A stretch of DNA of 64,000 bases from Adineta vaga. Its lineage: Eukaryota; Animalia; Rotifera. This document shows positions 40,016 through 53,438 of this stretch, in pieces (within the stretch, counting starts at the first letter, position 1; every line of letters starts with the position of its first letter). Where the stretch lies: positions 4,092,001-4,156,000 of the forward strand of contig CP075495.1 in NCBI GenBank assembly GCA_021613535.1. The letters are read 5' to 3'. Position numbers and translations under genes: made by a program. The notes under the pieces are model-generated. The model saw nothing but the letters and a program-made list of their open reading frames with translations, was not told where the DNA came from and did no database searches.

Positions 40016-42426
40016 TTATTGACGATTAGCTCGTTCCCATGGATTTTGTTCTTGTGTTTGATTTCCTTCATTCGTTGAACGACTTCTTCTTGGTGATTGT
40101 GTTGTATTAGCATCGTTTTCAGCAGTTCGTGTTGATTCAGTTGAACGTTGAGAAGATGATGTTGATAGATTTGGATTTCCACTACGACGTGTTGATGAAA
40201 AACTATCTTCATTACGATTTAAACGTGTAAATGATTGATTTTGTTGTTGACCACGACCATCTTGACGTGCAAAATCATTGAACGATGACATTCGATTACG
40301 AGATGGATAACGATCATTATTATTATAACGTTGATACCCATCTCTATAAGAATTTTGAGAACTAAAATAGAAAATATTGTAAAGTAAGATATTTATGCAG
40401 ATCTAAAACCTACCGTTGATCATAACCATAATCTTGTCTTTGAAAATTATTATTTCCGAAACGATTTTGTCGATTAAATCCACCCATATTTCCTTGTCTA
40501 TAGTTATCAAATCCTTGATTGAAATCTCCACGGTTACGCTAGAAAAATAATAATATTGAAACTAAAATAGCTTATAATCTTCGTTTTCTATTTACAAAAT
40601 TTTCAGATGTTCGTTGAAAACTACCACGACTATTTTGTTGTGAATTAAATCTAATTGCACCACCACGACGACTAGAATACAATAGTGTAAAAGGTGTCTT
40701 TTTTTCTCTCTAAAAGAATAGAATCAAATCTTACTCGATTGGTTCACTGAGAAATTCAGGTAAATCAGTTGTTGATAGTCGATTGTTTTTCAAGACAAAT
40801 TTTGATAATTCTTCAAAACGATTTAAAAGATTTTCATCTTTAGTTTTTTCTACTGCTGTTCGAATATGTCTCATCTAAAATAATTCAATGGGATCACTAA
40901 ATCGATTTCATTCTATCTAATTCTTACCACAAGTGGAAAAACTCGTCGTCGATCGCTATTAACTGGCGTTTGTTCGGCAAGTAAATGGACAACATTAATT
41001 GCTTCTTCAACTCGTCCCATATCAGCATAGCAAATTGCCTGAAAAGGAACTTCTTATAACAAGTGAAATAATCTCAAAATCTTACTCGAATATTTTGTAC
41101 TGTAGTTAAATTTTGTGTTCTCACAGTACCTAAAACTTCCATAGCAAATGATGGTTCACCTTGTTCAATTGCTAATAATGCTGCCATTGATACTGTACGC
41201 GTATTCATATTTGTATCACGTTCTTTAACTTTAGAAATCAATTCTTTAGCTTTAGCTAAGGACTCTTTGCTATTCTAAAATTTTCATGAATCAAAGAGGA
41301 AAAACAAAACGTTTTCTTTTTTCATTCAAACATAAGATTATATCTTTACTTGTCGATATAATCCTTCAATAGCTAACATAACAACATCAGTTGGAAAAGC
41401 TCGTCCACTAATTGTATTAAAACCTCGTTTTGAACCATGTTCAAATACTTGAATTGCATCATCATAACGTTTTTCTTCAATCAATTTATTCATTAATACA
41501 AGTGCGGATGCTGAATCATTGAATATATCTTTTAAGCTCTATTAAAATAAAATAAAATAAATTATATTGAATTCCTTTATTTTTACTTCATCCATATATA
41601 ATTGTAAAGCTAAATCAGTTTTATTTTGTGTATATAGTAAACGCATGATTGGTGAACCAAAATGATAATCAGTAAATTTCATTTTACTTGTACTATATCT
41701 AAAAAAATAAACATCAATATAAGCCTTGATTCAAATTCATATATGGATTTTACTTTTTTAATGCTTGAATTACACCACTAATTTCCTGATCATTATTGGC
41801 GGACATTATCATATTACGTAAATCTTCAGTAAGTATTTGAGAATCAGATTGACCAATTGAATCAAGAAAACGTTTTTTAAAACCATCTAAATTATTCCGA
41901 TTAAGTATAAGATTGAAGATGAAAAATAGTTACCAAGTGATGGTGCATAACGTGAAGCATGTTGCTCACGTGATGATTTGAAACTATCAATACCAATACC
42001 TGAACTGGAAAATATTGTACGTACTTGCATACGAATATTTCCATATGATGTACCTAGAACGAAAGAAAATTATATATTACAAACAGGTGTAAAGAATATT
42101 TGACTGATGAAAAAAATAATGTAATTAGGAATGTGATAAGATATTCTTTTTATGTGTGAAATTTTGTTTGAATATGGATTAGAGAACTAATGATATTTTC
42201 AAATAGTTTTGAGTTTGATTGGGCAATTATTTGACGTATAAGCACGATTTATTATTTGTCTTAGTATATCAAATTGAAATATTATCTCGAATAAGAAAAC
42301 TTTGGATGAAAGATTATCGAATATGGATTCGAAATGATACTGAAAAGAACAGTTGATGAAGGAAAATCTTAAAATTAACTTACGGTTAGCAGCTAACAAA
42401 GCAACACGTCGAATGATATCAGCCAT
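40016..42426 (-). CDS. PTCD2: PTCD2-like mitochondrial pentatricopeptide-repeat protein with an R/G/N/Q-rich tail
   Basis: Basic presequence MADIIRRVALLAANR; ILTEDLRNMI, YHFGSPIMRLLY, IFNDSASALVLMNKL and FPTDVVMLA match the PTCD2 family as recalled. Confidence 0.75.
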
Positions 42427-43553
42427 CTAGAATAAGAATAAAGTACATATATGATTATCTAATCTTTATTTATGAATGACGAAGACAACAGAATAGTTTT
42501 GAATATAAATATTCTATTTTAATCATTAATAATAATAATATGAATCGAGATGTTTTATATCAGAGTAGAGTTCGATTGATGGTAGTTGTTTATTGAGTTA
42601 AAACAATTCAAGATCATCTTTCGAATTCGAAATGATAGATTAGAGTAAAAGTCGAGATATTTATTGTAGAAAATAAGAAAAACAATTTTGGTTTAGATAC
42701 AGAATTTATGGATTACAAAACCCGTTTTTTATTGGAGAGATACAATCTTTTAGTTGTTCAATATTTAACATGAATTAATTCGAAGAAAACTTTATGGAAT
42801 AAAAACAAGATTAATAAACAAAGTTTTTTTTATAAACAACTACGTAGTTTATGGTAATTATTATATAGATGTCGCTTTGAATTTATAGTTGAAGAACGAA
42901 CAAACGATTGGAAAATTCAAACGAAATGAGCTTAGGAAAATACAGTAACATAAAAGGAACCGAAAGACTCAGTCAATCTCTTCTATTCATTTGATCTTTG
43001 ACATAAAAAAGTTTTATTTTTAAGTACATTTTAGAGTAAGAATGGCGTCATTGCCTTAAGCTATATATATCCATAACAATTATAAAGATTGTATTTACTG
43101 ATAAAGTTTTTCTTTCAAAATTTACTATTACGGTAAAGTTTTCTGTATCAAAATTACAAATAGTACAAGTTTTTCAATTTGAAAAAGGTTAAAAAAAGAA
43201 TATACATTGTCGTGCTCTATCTAATTGATAGTTACATGCTTACTTTCCTGTGTTAGCACGTAGTAAACATCCTTTAGCTTTATTTCCTATGTTTCACTTC
43301 AATAGAGTAAATATGGAGTTGAATTGTGTTCTTGCACATATATAACTTTGATTGATCAGTTTTTCATTGAATATAAAGTATTGTTATAAACATATTCAAT
43401 CTCTTCGTTTTGATTTATTAGAAATCGGATAATAAAAAATAATCAAAGGACAAGTATGGATAATGGAGCTATTCTATCATGAAAGCAAAAGAAAAACAAA
43501 GATTCTCATTATAATAAGTTAGCAAATACAAAACTCTAAGGAAAGACTAATTA

Positions 43554-46500
43554 TTACTGTTGTTTTCCGTCTGTTGATGTGTTTTGTTTATCTCCAAAAT
43601 TTTCGGGAAATGTTGATGTTTGACTACTTGTTGGTTCAAATGAACAAATATTTCCCGAACTACCAGATTGATGTAGAACATCAGGTGAAGAAAAATCTTG
43701 CTGAGTTGATATTGATGCTTTGCGATCCATATGTAATTCTTCTCTTTGACCAGCATGTGAATCGGTGAATGCCCCATAATCTGGCAAACCAAAATTAACT
43801 GTTTCATCGATTTTTTTCGGTGGATTGACTGGTGTAATATTTGATTGATTTTCTTTTCCAAGCGTTATTTGACTAACTTCATTATCAGCAGCAGATGTGA
43901 AATTAGATTCTTGAGTTGCACCAGCATTTGCATTCGCAACAGCAACTGCTCGAAATTGTCTGTCGAGAGGAAGATGAGTAGCTGACGCTGGACGAGGAAA
44001 CGATGGTCTATAATTTTCAGCATTGTCTTTCTGAAGAAGAAAAAATAAAGAATTTATAAATTTTTTGTATTGATTTTGTTTTGTATGCAAAAGAAATACT
44101 TGTTCATTTGACATTTGTGGTGTTTGATGATCTTCTTCTTCATCACTGCCATCATCATCATGATCAAGTGGTGCAGGAGTTGATGAACGAGATATAACTG
44201 GAGTCGATTGACCTGACAATGATTCATTTGTCTAGAAAAAGAATTTATCGTAGAAAAAAAATTGTTTTTTGAACAGAAATTTATATACAAATTTGAGCAG
44301 TTCATCTTCAAATTCAGGATGTATTTTCGTTAAAGCCGCTTGACGAGCACGGTGATAATACTATTAGATGAATTATGAACAGTAAAAACAAAACTTTCCT
44401 TTTTATTATACATACAATGCCCAATGTATTCCAATCAAGTAATTCACTCAATCTTTCAGTACGATTTCGTAAAATAATTCGTTGTCGTCTTGATAATCTT
44501 GTAAAATCAAACATATACTAAAATATAAGAAGAATTTTTTTAAACATAACTATTAGCTTTCTGTCTATCGCTTATCTACCTGTGCAAGTTGTTGAACTGA
44601 TTCTTCAGCACTTTTATATCTTCTATCAACAACATATATACCGTATGTTTGAGGTTCACTGACATGTTCTTCCATGAAACAACCAAAACCACTTAAATTT
44701 GTCGAAATATTTGGTACACCCATAACTGTACATTCAGCTGGTGTATAACCCCAAGGTTCATAATACGATGGAAATACACCCAAATGACATCCGCGTACAA
44801 ATTCTTCATAATCAAGTGGTAATAATGGACTTGTTGAACGTAAAAATTCTGGATGAAAAATAACTTTAACACGATCCCAACGATCATTAAATAAATGACA
44901 ACGACGTAAAGCATTTAAAATGGGATCTCGACTGTCATCATTAACATTATGTGTACAGATCGGTGGTAAAGTTGAACGCTAAAACAAGTGTAAAAGGAAC
45001 ATATAGTTATTTTTTGAATACAAAAATAGTCATTTGATTCTATACTTGAGAAGCATAGATGCATTTCTTCAATTCAATTAAATCGGTATTTTGTAAAATT
45101 TGTTCTCCCTTTGGAAGTTGACCTCTACAATAAATAGAATAGTTAATCATCAATCAGTAACTATCATCTCTCTTGATCTAATTACCTTAAACATATTTCA
45201 TAGAGTCTTTTACCAATGTCACTTTGTACATTCTGAACTGCATCACGAAGCATTTTAGCAACTGATTGACCACGCAATGATTCGATATTGAAATTATTTG
45301 TTGATGCTGGAAAAATAAGAAATGCAACAATAGTCATATCCGAACCTGATGCCTGAGAAGAGCCAAACAAATTATTCCATAAAAAAAATCCAAAGATAAT
45401 TTTTTTCCCTTACTTTCAACATGTGATTTAATCGTGCTAATGATTCAATAAACATATCAGCACCTTTATTTGAGAATTCATATCGACCAGCAATAAAAAA
45501 ATACAATGTTTTATCCAAATCAAAATCATAATGTCTAAATAAATATAAAATTTCATCAAAAGAAAACTAATATGAATGAAGCTAAATAACATTTACCCAT
45601 AGAAATGTCCACGAACAAAGGCATTGAGTTTTTCTTTATTTTGCGCATGTAAATTTTGAAATTCATGTAATGCAGCAAAAACTTGAACATTAAGTCCATT
45701 TGGAGTTAAAAAATCTAATATGATCAATCTTCATATGAATACCAATGTATCGAGTTAATTTTACCTGGTTTTTTGCTTAGAAGATATTCAGATTCAATTC
45801 CAGTAATTTTCGAAACTGTTGTGAAAATATGTGCACAGCAAGCAGCAGCACGTTCAATACAATATCGATGATAAATTTGTCGATCGCCCGCTTCTTTATC
45901 AAGATTGAACTAAATGGTCGAGAAAAAAAAGGAAGAAAAAGATTAGTTGAAATAAATAATTATTTATCTTATACATGAGGTAAATGATTATAAAAATCCG
46001 ATGAACCAGCACATAGATATCTTCCTAACAATGTTGCATGAGTTGTAAATATTAAAGCACAATCATAACCACGAAGACGTGTCATGATTAAACCAATACC
46101 AGTTAACCATTCATGAAAATGAGCAATAACATAACTTTTTTGTCTTTGTTTTACTTTATCAATAAACTAAAATGGAATGAAAGAATTAAGATTCATCTTT
46201 CATATCTTACTAAAACAATTTATCTTACAATTCCAATAAACCAAAACACACAAAAACCAAATAGTAATGCGTCATTCGATTCTCTATCATGATATGGTAT
46301 ACCAATACGTGCATATTCAAAAAAATCTCCTTTCCATCCATCTAATCGATTAGCTGCTGATCCAATATCGAAAAGAACTACTTGAGGAAAACCTTCAATT
46401 AACCAATTTCCCGTAATAACCTAAATAGAAAATGCCTCTCTTTTTCATTATTCGCAATACATATATATATATATCATTTACATGAACACCATGCTGTCTC

Positions 46501-46859
46501 ATTTCATTGACAGTATCTCGAATAACATCAATTTTTGATTCACCAACTTCAACTTCTTGCTTTACAAATGAATCATTGTATGGACCCAAACAAATATAAT
46601 TATTTCCATATTCTTGTTTTGTAATTGGTACTTTTGAACGAATAACCGTATAAATTCCTCCAACTATATAAATAAATCCATTTCATATGATTTAATAATA
46701 AAGAAAACATATACCTTTATTTGCTACTTCCCAAGAAACTTCTAGAAGCCATTTGTTTAAATGTTCAGCCATATCTCCATTATCCAGATATTGATCAAAA
46801 TGAATGCCTTGTGATGTTTTTAGAGATTTGGCGGCATGTTTTATCTTTGATTTGGACAT
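43554..46859 (-). CDS. GYS: Glycogen synthase (GT3)
   Basis: EVSWEVANK|[65 protein letters not shown]. Confidence 0.97.
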
Positions 46860-47658
46860 TCTTGTTTATAAAAAAAAAACCCACCGGGATATGAATAAAT
46901 ATATATCTATTGATGATCAAGTTGATAAGTAATTAATTAATGAAAGAGTAAAAAATTATCGAAACGAAAACAAAATTTATCGATCTAATATGCCTAGAAA
47001 TATTTTTTTCCGTAGCTGTAAAGATATACGATGATATAATTAATGAAAGACACATGTTTCAAAAATTGAATGAAAACAAAAAATATTATACTACATGATT
47101 CTCGTATCGTATTAATACTTTTAGATATATAGAAATGAATTTGTTTACCAATGTATTTATATTCAAAGTACATGTAGATGGCGACACGTATTATTTATTA
47201 AGACATAGAGACAACTCACAGGATGCAAAAACAAAACAAATGGAATATCTGATTCTATAATGACGTATCTATGAAACAAATCTTTTTTAAGACAGTCTAA
47301 CACAAGAAAAGATTATAAATACATATTAATTTGCAAATTATGAATATACTTTTATTTATTACATATCCTATAGAAGCATATACATAAATAATTTTTTCCA
47401 TACTAAATATAGAACAGCTATTTTAAATCTTCTCCGACTAATTCCGTCATCTTTTGAGAAATTTAAAAGCTGCACACTGCGGTGTCTGTTAAAATTTTCG
47501 CCCACACACATTCAATGTGTTGAATGCTGTTGATAAAAATAGAAGTGACATCAGTTTTATTTCGAATAGAATGACAAAATCAAAGAAGATTTACAGACTT
47601 ATGGATAGTTTTTGTACTGTAGATATAAGAAAACTGTATTGTTTGTATTTAATAAGGT

Positions 47659-48678
47659 TTACAATGATGTAATGTTATATTGTCTTCTTTGATTGCATTT
47701 CATGATTCGGTGAACAGGATGGAAAAACATCGGTCGATATTTTGGTGATAAAATTACAAAAATAAAAAATGAAAAGATCAATGGAATCAATGAAATAAAA
47801 TAAACAAACATTGAAATAATATTTTGCCACTGATATTGAATATATGTTAAAGAAAACATGAGAATAAATCGAGGTAAATTAACTAAAACAAGTAAATAAC
47901 AAGCTATAATAATATGTCGATAAGTATAGAGAACATAATTGAAATTAATTGAAATTGAATGATTTCGTTTCAATGTCATTCGATGTTTTGTTAAAGCAAT
48001 AATCCAAATTAATGGCGAAAAACAATTAATAAAAAATGGTATAAGAAATGAAATCATATTTGTTATATATTCATATTGATAAATTCGTAGAGATTTAACA
48101 TTAATTATACAAACATAACGATTTGTTGAATATTCTAGGTGATGATAGAATGGATAATGAATTAAACGTAGGAAATGAATAAATATTAGAAATATAATGA
48201 TAAATTTAGCTGTACGTTTACTACCATTTTTATTAAATGAAACGCCTTGAAGAATAACAATCGCACGTTCCAATGTAACACATGCAGTTAGTGATTCAAA
48301 TAAAGAATGAAGAACTATTTGAAAATATTCCAGAAATAAACAATTAATTTCTTCATATTCTTGTTTTATTTCAAAAATTATATGTACAATAACAATTGTT
48401 AGATCAAATTGACCAATAAGTGCTATCCATAAACGGTATATTCCACTACCCATTTCTCGGGCATTCGATTGACAAAATGTTCCAAATGAGAGTAGATTAA
48501 ATATTGTACCAATAAGAAGAATACTAAGAAGAATACCTATTGGTATGGATCGAATAGAACATGAAAACACCTGATAAGATGATATAGTAGAATACTGACA
48601 AATTGATCCATATGCACACAATGAATGATTGAAAATTTGTGAGGAATTGACTAGACAGTCGTTTATCCTGTTCATCAT
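47659..48678 (-). CDS. Divergent rhodopsin-like 7TM receptor, no intron in the CDS
   Basis: Seven hydrophobic segments, ACVTLER (DRY-like), PFFIN, NLPRFI, FIFVILSPKYR; short Cys-containing N-terminus. Confidence 0.72.
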   Translation of the reverse strand: MMNRINDCLVNSSQIFNHSLCAYGSICQYSTISSYQVFSCSIRSIPIGILLSILLIGTIFNLLSFGTFCQSNAREMGSGIYRLWIALIGQFDLTIVIVHIIFEIKQEYEEINCLFLEYFQIVLHSLFESLTACVTLERAIVILQGVSFNKNGSKRTAKFIIIFLIFIHFLRLIHYPFYHHLEYSTNRYVCIINVKSLRIYQYEYITNMISFLIPFFINCFSPLIWIIALTKHRMTLKRNHSISINFNYVLYTYRHIIIACYLLVLVNLPRFILMFSLTYIQYQWQNIISMFVYFISLIPLIFSFFIFVILSPKYRPMFFHPVHRIMKCNQRRQYNITSL

Positions 48679-50182
48679 TGATTTCCTACTGTCTATAGAA
48701 AGAAACAAATCAATAAATATGAATGGATGTTCAGAAAGTCTCCTGTGACTATTTCAATAAGAAGAAAAAGATGAGAATGATAACACTATTTCAAAAGAAA
48801 AGAAAATGTATTGTTTTTTTCTTCTTCTTTTTCTTCTATGGATCAAAAAAATTACCGGATATAATTATCTATAGAGATAATCAATTTTCATGAATTATTA
48901 TTCGTAGGATTAAAAAAGATGACTTTAAGTTGCGGTAATTTCCTTCTTTTTCTTTTTGAATTATTAAAACTATCTAGACGAATTCATCAAAATGAATTTA
49001 GGACAAGTTTAGCAAAATATTCATATCTAACATGACATTCTATATGAATATGTTCATTGCGAGAAATATGATTTTATTTACTCGCATTTTCCTGTTTTCA
49101 GATGAAACATAAATCTAAAATATATATTAAGTTTTAATAATATGCTCGTATCTTATAAGAAAAATGATGTCCCCATATTTAATCTATAGGCTTGAGATCT
49201 GAGAACTTCCTACGTATTAACTTTCATATTTATATTTAAATACGGTGTCTTTTTCTTTTCCAATAAAAGAATATGATCAAAAGCAAGATCACGCATATTT
49301 GTTCATATAAATGAGAATAACATAGAACAAAAAAGTAATGAAAACTCAAATTAAATGACAAGATATAGTAAATGCAACAGTTAATTTATGATCAATTTAA
49401 GCACATTCGAGGTCATTTTGAATATAAATTGATATCAATCTTTAATTACTTCAGCGTAGAATATAAGATATTCATTACATAGATGAGTACTCATTCTATT
49501 AAGGCATCGCGTGAATATAGATGAATTATAAATAAATTCATATGCGTCTTTAGTTCTGAAGCGATCACAAATAATCAACATCATATTATACAATCTAATG
49601 ACACTTGAAAAGCGACACGATTCTTCCTTATCGAATGATAGAAATAGAAAACACGACTTCATGGATAGATATAATTGTTAATTTAGATTTATATTCAAGT
49701 GTATATACTTGTAAGATATTTTCGAATAGATAGACGTTATAAAGTAGTTGTCACTTGATGAATCTTAATTTCTTATAAAAATTCAAGACGAATAAACTAA
49801 ATATACATTGAAATTTAATCTATCAATATTTTTCTTCTGTCTTTTTTAATCTCTACATAAAAAACAACAACTTGTCTTAGTCATCTGTTAACTTTGTATT
49901 GACTGGATGAGAAAAGACAAGAATCCGTTACGATGTCATATTTTTTTACTTAAATATTAGTCATTTAATGAAAATTTTGTGCCGTCGATTTGTATATAGG
50001 ATATTGGTCAATATTTTTTTTATGTATATAGACTATTCGATTAAAAGAATCTACGAAAAGACGTTGAAATGAAAATCAATCATTTGTTTTCGTGCAAAAC
50101 TTTGTTTTTTTTAATACTTTTTCATCTTTTTGATGAATATATAAAACTAGAGTATCGGATAATTTCATTTTAATATAAAAAG

Positions 50183-53100
50183 ATGACAACTTTGCAACGC
50201 CTAAATTGTTTACTGACATTATTAATCTGCAATGTTCTTACTGAAGGTAGTCGTTTTGAATGTAAGAAAGAATATTCATGTGGTTGTGGCCATACAAATG
50301 TAGAAGTTAATGCTCGAATAATCAGCGGTGAAGAAGCAGTACCATTTAGTTGGTCAATGATTGTGTCATTACGTTATGATTTTATTCATAATGGAAATAC
50401 TATGATGCACGTTTGTGGAGGAACTATTCTCACGGAATCATACATTCTTACAGCAGCTAATTGTTTAGATGAAATACAAGGTGATATAAAACTTGCGAAT
50501 TTAACTATTGCTGCTGGCATACATCGAAGATCTCAACCGAGACAAATCATTCGAGATATTAATCAGGTTATTATACATCCAAATTGGACAGGTTCATGGA
50601 ATCGCTATGAAAATGATATTGTTTTACTACATCTATCTGAGCCACTTGATTTTCTTCAAAATTCATTTATTACTCGAACATGTTTACCGACACAATTGAA
50701 TACTGACGAAGAATTAATCCATAATCCACCAAGCGGTACAAATTTAGTTGTTGCAGGATGGGGTCGAACTGTTTCTCATGGTGATGAATCCGACATACTT
50801 CGTCAATTAGTAGTTATTTCACTCGATAATAATCATACAAAATGTAGAAATATAATTAGCAATCCAAATAGTCAATTTTGCGCAGGTCAACGAGATTTGA
50901 GTATAGGTAAGAATATTTTTCTTTTACTATAAATTAAAAGAATACTTTCGTGTTTGTACTTAGGTCCTTGTTATGGTATGTAAATTGAATTAATAAATAA
51001 TTCTATAGATATTTTAGATTCATTTTCTAGGTGATTTTGGTGGTCCAATATTTCAATGGATAAAAGATCATTGGGAACAGGTTGGTATCGCATCATTTAC
51101 ACAAGATGGATGTGTACAAAATTCTGCGATCGGTTATACTCGACTTGCTTATTATCGTGAATGGATTGACGAACAAATAAAAATAAATGATGAATCAACT
51201 GATTATACATTATTGCCAATTACTAGTACTATTGATGAGATTGTTACTGAAAATCCATTGGTATTTCATCAATGTGATAGATACGAAGTTCCTTGTGGTT
51301 GTGGTCGTCGAAATGTTCAATTTTCGCCAACAAATATAATGAATAATAATTATGAAGCTATCCCATATAGTTGGTCAATGATTGTTTCTATACGTTCACG
51401 AAATAGAAATAAACATCTATGTAGTGGATCAATTTTAAGTGAATCCTATATTTTAACATCAGCATCTTGTCTTGCTAATTTATCAACATTTGGTCTAATG
51501 GTTCTGGCTGGTATTCATAATCAATCAGAAACAACTGGAATATATCGAAAAGTCGATCAGATATATTTACATCCAGATTATACAGGATACTTAGATAATT
51601 ATGCAAATGATCTTGCGATTTTACATATATCTCAACCTTTCGATTTAGAATATGATCTGTTTGTTAGTCGAACATGTTTAATGGAAAAAGATTCAATGAC
51701 AACGAATCCAATTTTTTATCCATCAGCTGGATCGAAATTAGCTGTGATTGGATGGGGTCTAATGAATTGTCGTAATAAAACGGATGAGGATCTTCTTCAA
51801 CAAATCGAAATCTATTCAACAGATCAGCTAGAGAAAAATTGTTATATACTAGATAAGCATCAAGATTATCAATTTTGTGCAGGATTGACAAATATTCAAG
51901 AAACAGGTTAGCCTTAGGATTGCATATTTTTATTTTTGCAATGTTCTTCCCTCTCTCTCTCTCTCTTTAGTTCCATGCGTGGGTATGTAAATAAACTTTT
52001 GATTTTTTTTGTTGCTATTTGTTTTCTCAATATCATTTGTCAAATAGGAGATCCAGGAAGTCCCATATTTTTATGGTCTGATGGACGTTGGCAACAAGTT
52101 GGCATTGCATCCTATGTATTTGATTGTGCTCCCTTTCAAAATCTAGGAATCTATACTCGAACTATTGAATATAAGGAATGGATACAATCTACTATTAAGA
52201 ATTGTTCATCTATAGTTCTCTTACCATCAACAACAACAACAGATATTATAGAGACAACAACAACGATATCTACCAATCATAGTACGATACAACCAGTATC
52301 TTATATCTGTAATCGAACATCCACCTGTGGGTGTGGTCTTGTTTCTGTTGTTTTAACGCCTTCACGTATAATTGGTGGTGAAAATGCAATGGAACATACT
52401 TGGCCAATGATGGTTTCATTACGTCTTATGAATGCTGATCGTCATTGGTGTGGTGGAAGTATATTATCGAATTCTTATATTCTAACTGCTGCACATTGTC
52501 TTTTTGGAAGATCATCAAATCCACCCGTCGATGTGGTTATTGCTGTTGGTCTAACAAACTCTTCCGATCCAAATCGAATCCAGCGAACAGTCGATCATAT
52601 TTATTTCCATCCAGAATATATCGGTATAAAAGATAGTTTTCGCCATGATATTGCTGTATTGCACTTAAATCAATCATTAGCAATAGAGAATAATTCGTTT
52701 CTAACAAAAACATGTATAAATCGTGTTAATCCACCAATATTGAGTACAGAATATATAAAAAATGGTACGCGCCTCTCTGTTATTGGATGGGGTCGAAGAC
52801 AATTGAATTCTTTTGATCAATCTACAATTCTTCAACAAGTGGAAGTATATGCAATAGATAATAATGATCCAATTTGTAAAACTGCCATGAACGATTCTGA
52901 AACACAATTTTGTGCCGGATTACATAAAGGTGGAAAAGGTAAATATTCGATAGATTATTAAGCAAATTTTTTTATCTCTATTTGTCATTTAGATTCTTGT
53001 CAAGGTATGTTTTATCGTTAGAAAATTTAAATACTAGGTTCAATATCAAATAAATCTCATATTATAGGGGATTCAGGTGGACCTATATTTCAATGGGCAG

Positions 53101-53438
53101 GAGACTATTGGGAGCAGGTAGGTATCGTTTCTCATGGAGATGGATGTGCACAACCTAATCGACCAGGTGTATATACTCGATTATCTTATTATTATGATTG
53201 GATTAATAATATCCTTAAAGATGGAGGTGAACATGTGGAACCACAATTGTCCTCCAGTGGAACGTCATCATCATCGGAGATTACATGGGTATCGAATATC
53301 ACTCCTAATGACACTACAGCAACAATAATAATAGGAAATAAAACAACACCACGTGCAAGAAATACAGCTAGTATGCATTATAAAAATTTATGCACTTTGA
53401 TGATACTTGGGCTTTTATTACGCGTATTTGAATACTGA
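50183..53438 (+). CDS. Secreted, possibly GPI-anchored polyprotease with three trypsin-like domains (two pseudo-proteases, one active)
   Basis: Exons 50183-50906, 50964-50975, 51031-51906, 51971-51982, 52048-52938, 52993-53004, 53068-53438. Motifs TAANC/GDFGGP, TSASC/GDPGSP, TAAHC/DSCQGDSGGP. Hydrophobic C-terminus. Confidence 0.9.

Noticed and set aside
42199-42340. Cryptic acceptor and ORF extension in PTCD2 intron 1
   Set aside because: Using it gives an early stop, while splicing to 42053 gives a clean frame. No evidence for a poison exon.
47505-47526. Small overlapping hairpins (acacattcaatgtgttgaatg)
   Set aside because: Short enough to be expected by chance in AT-rich DNA.
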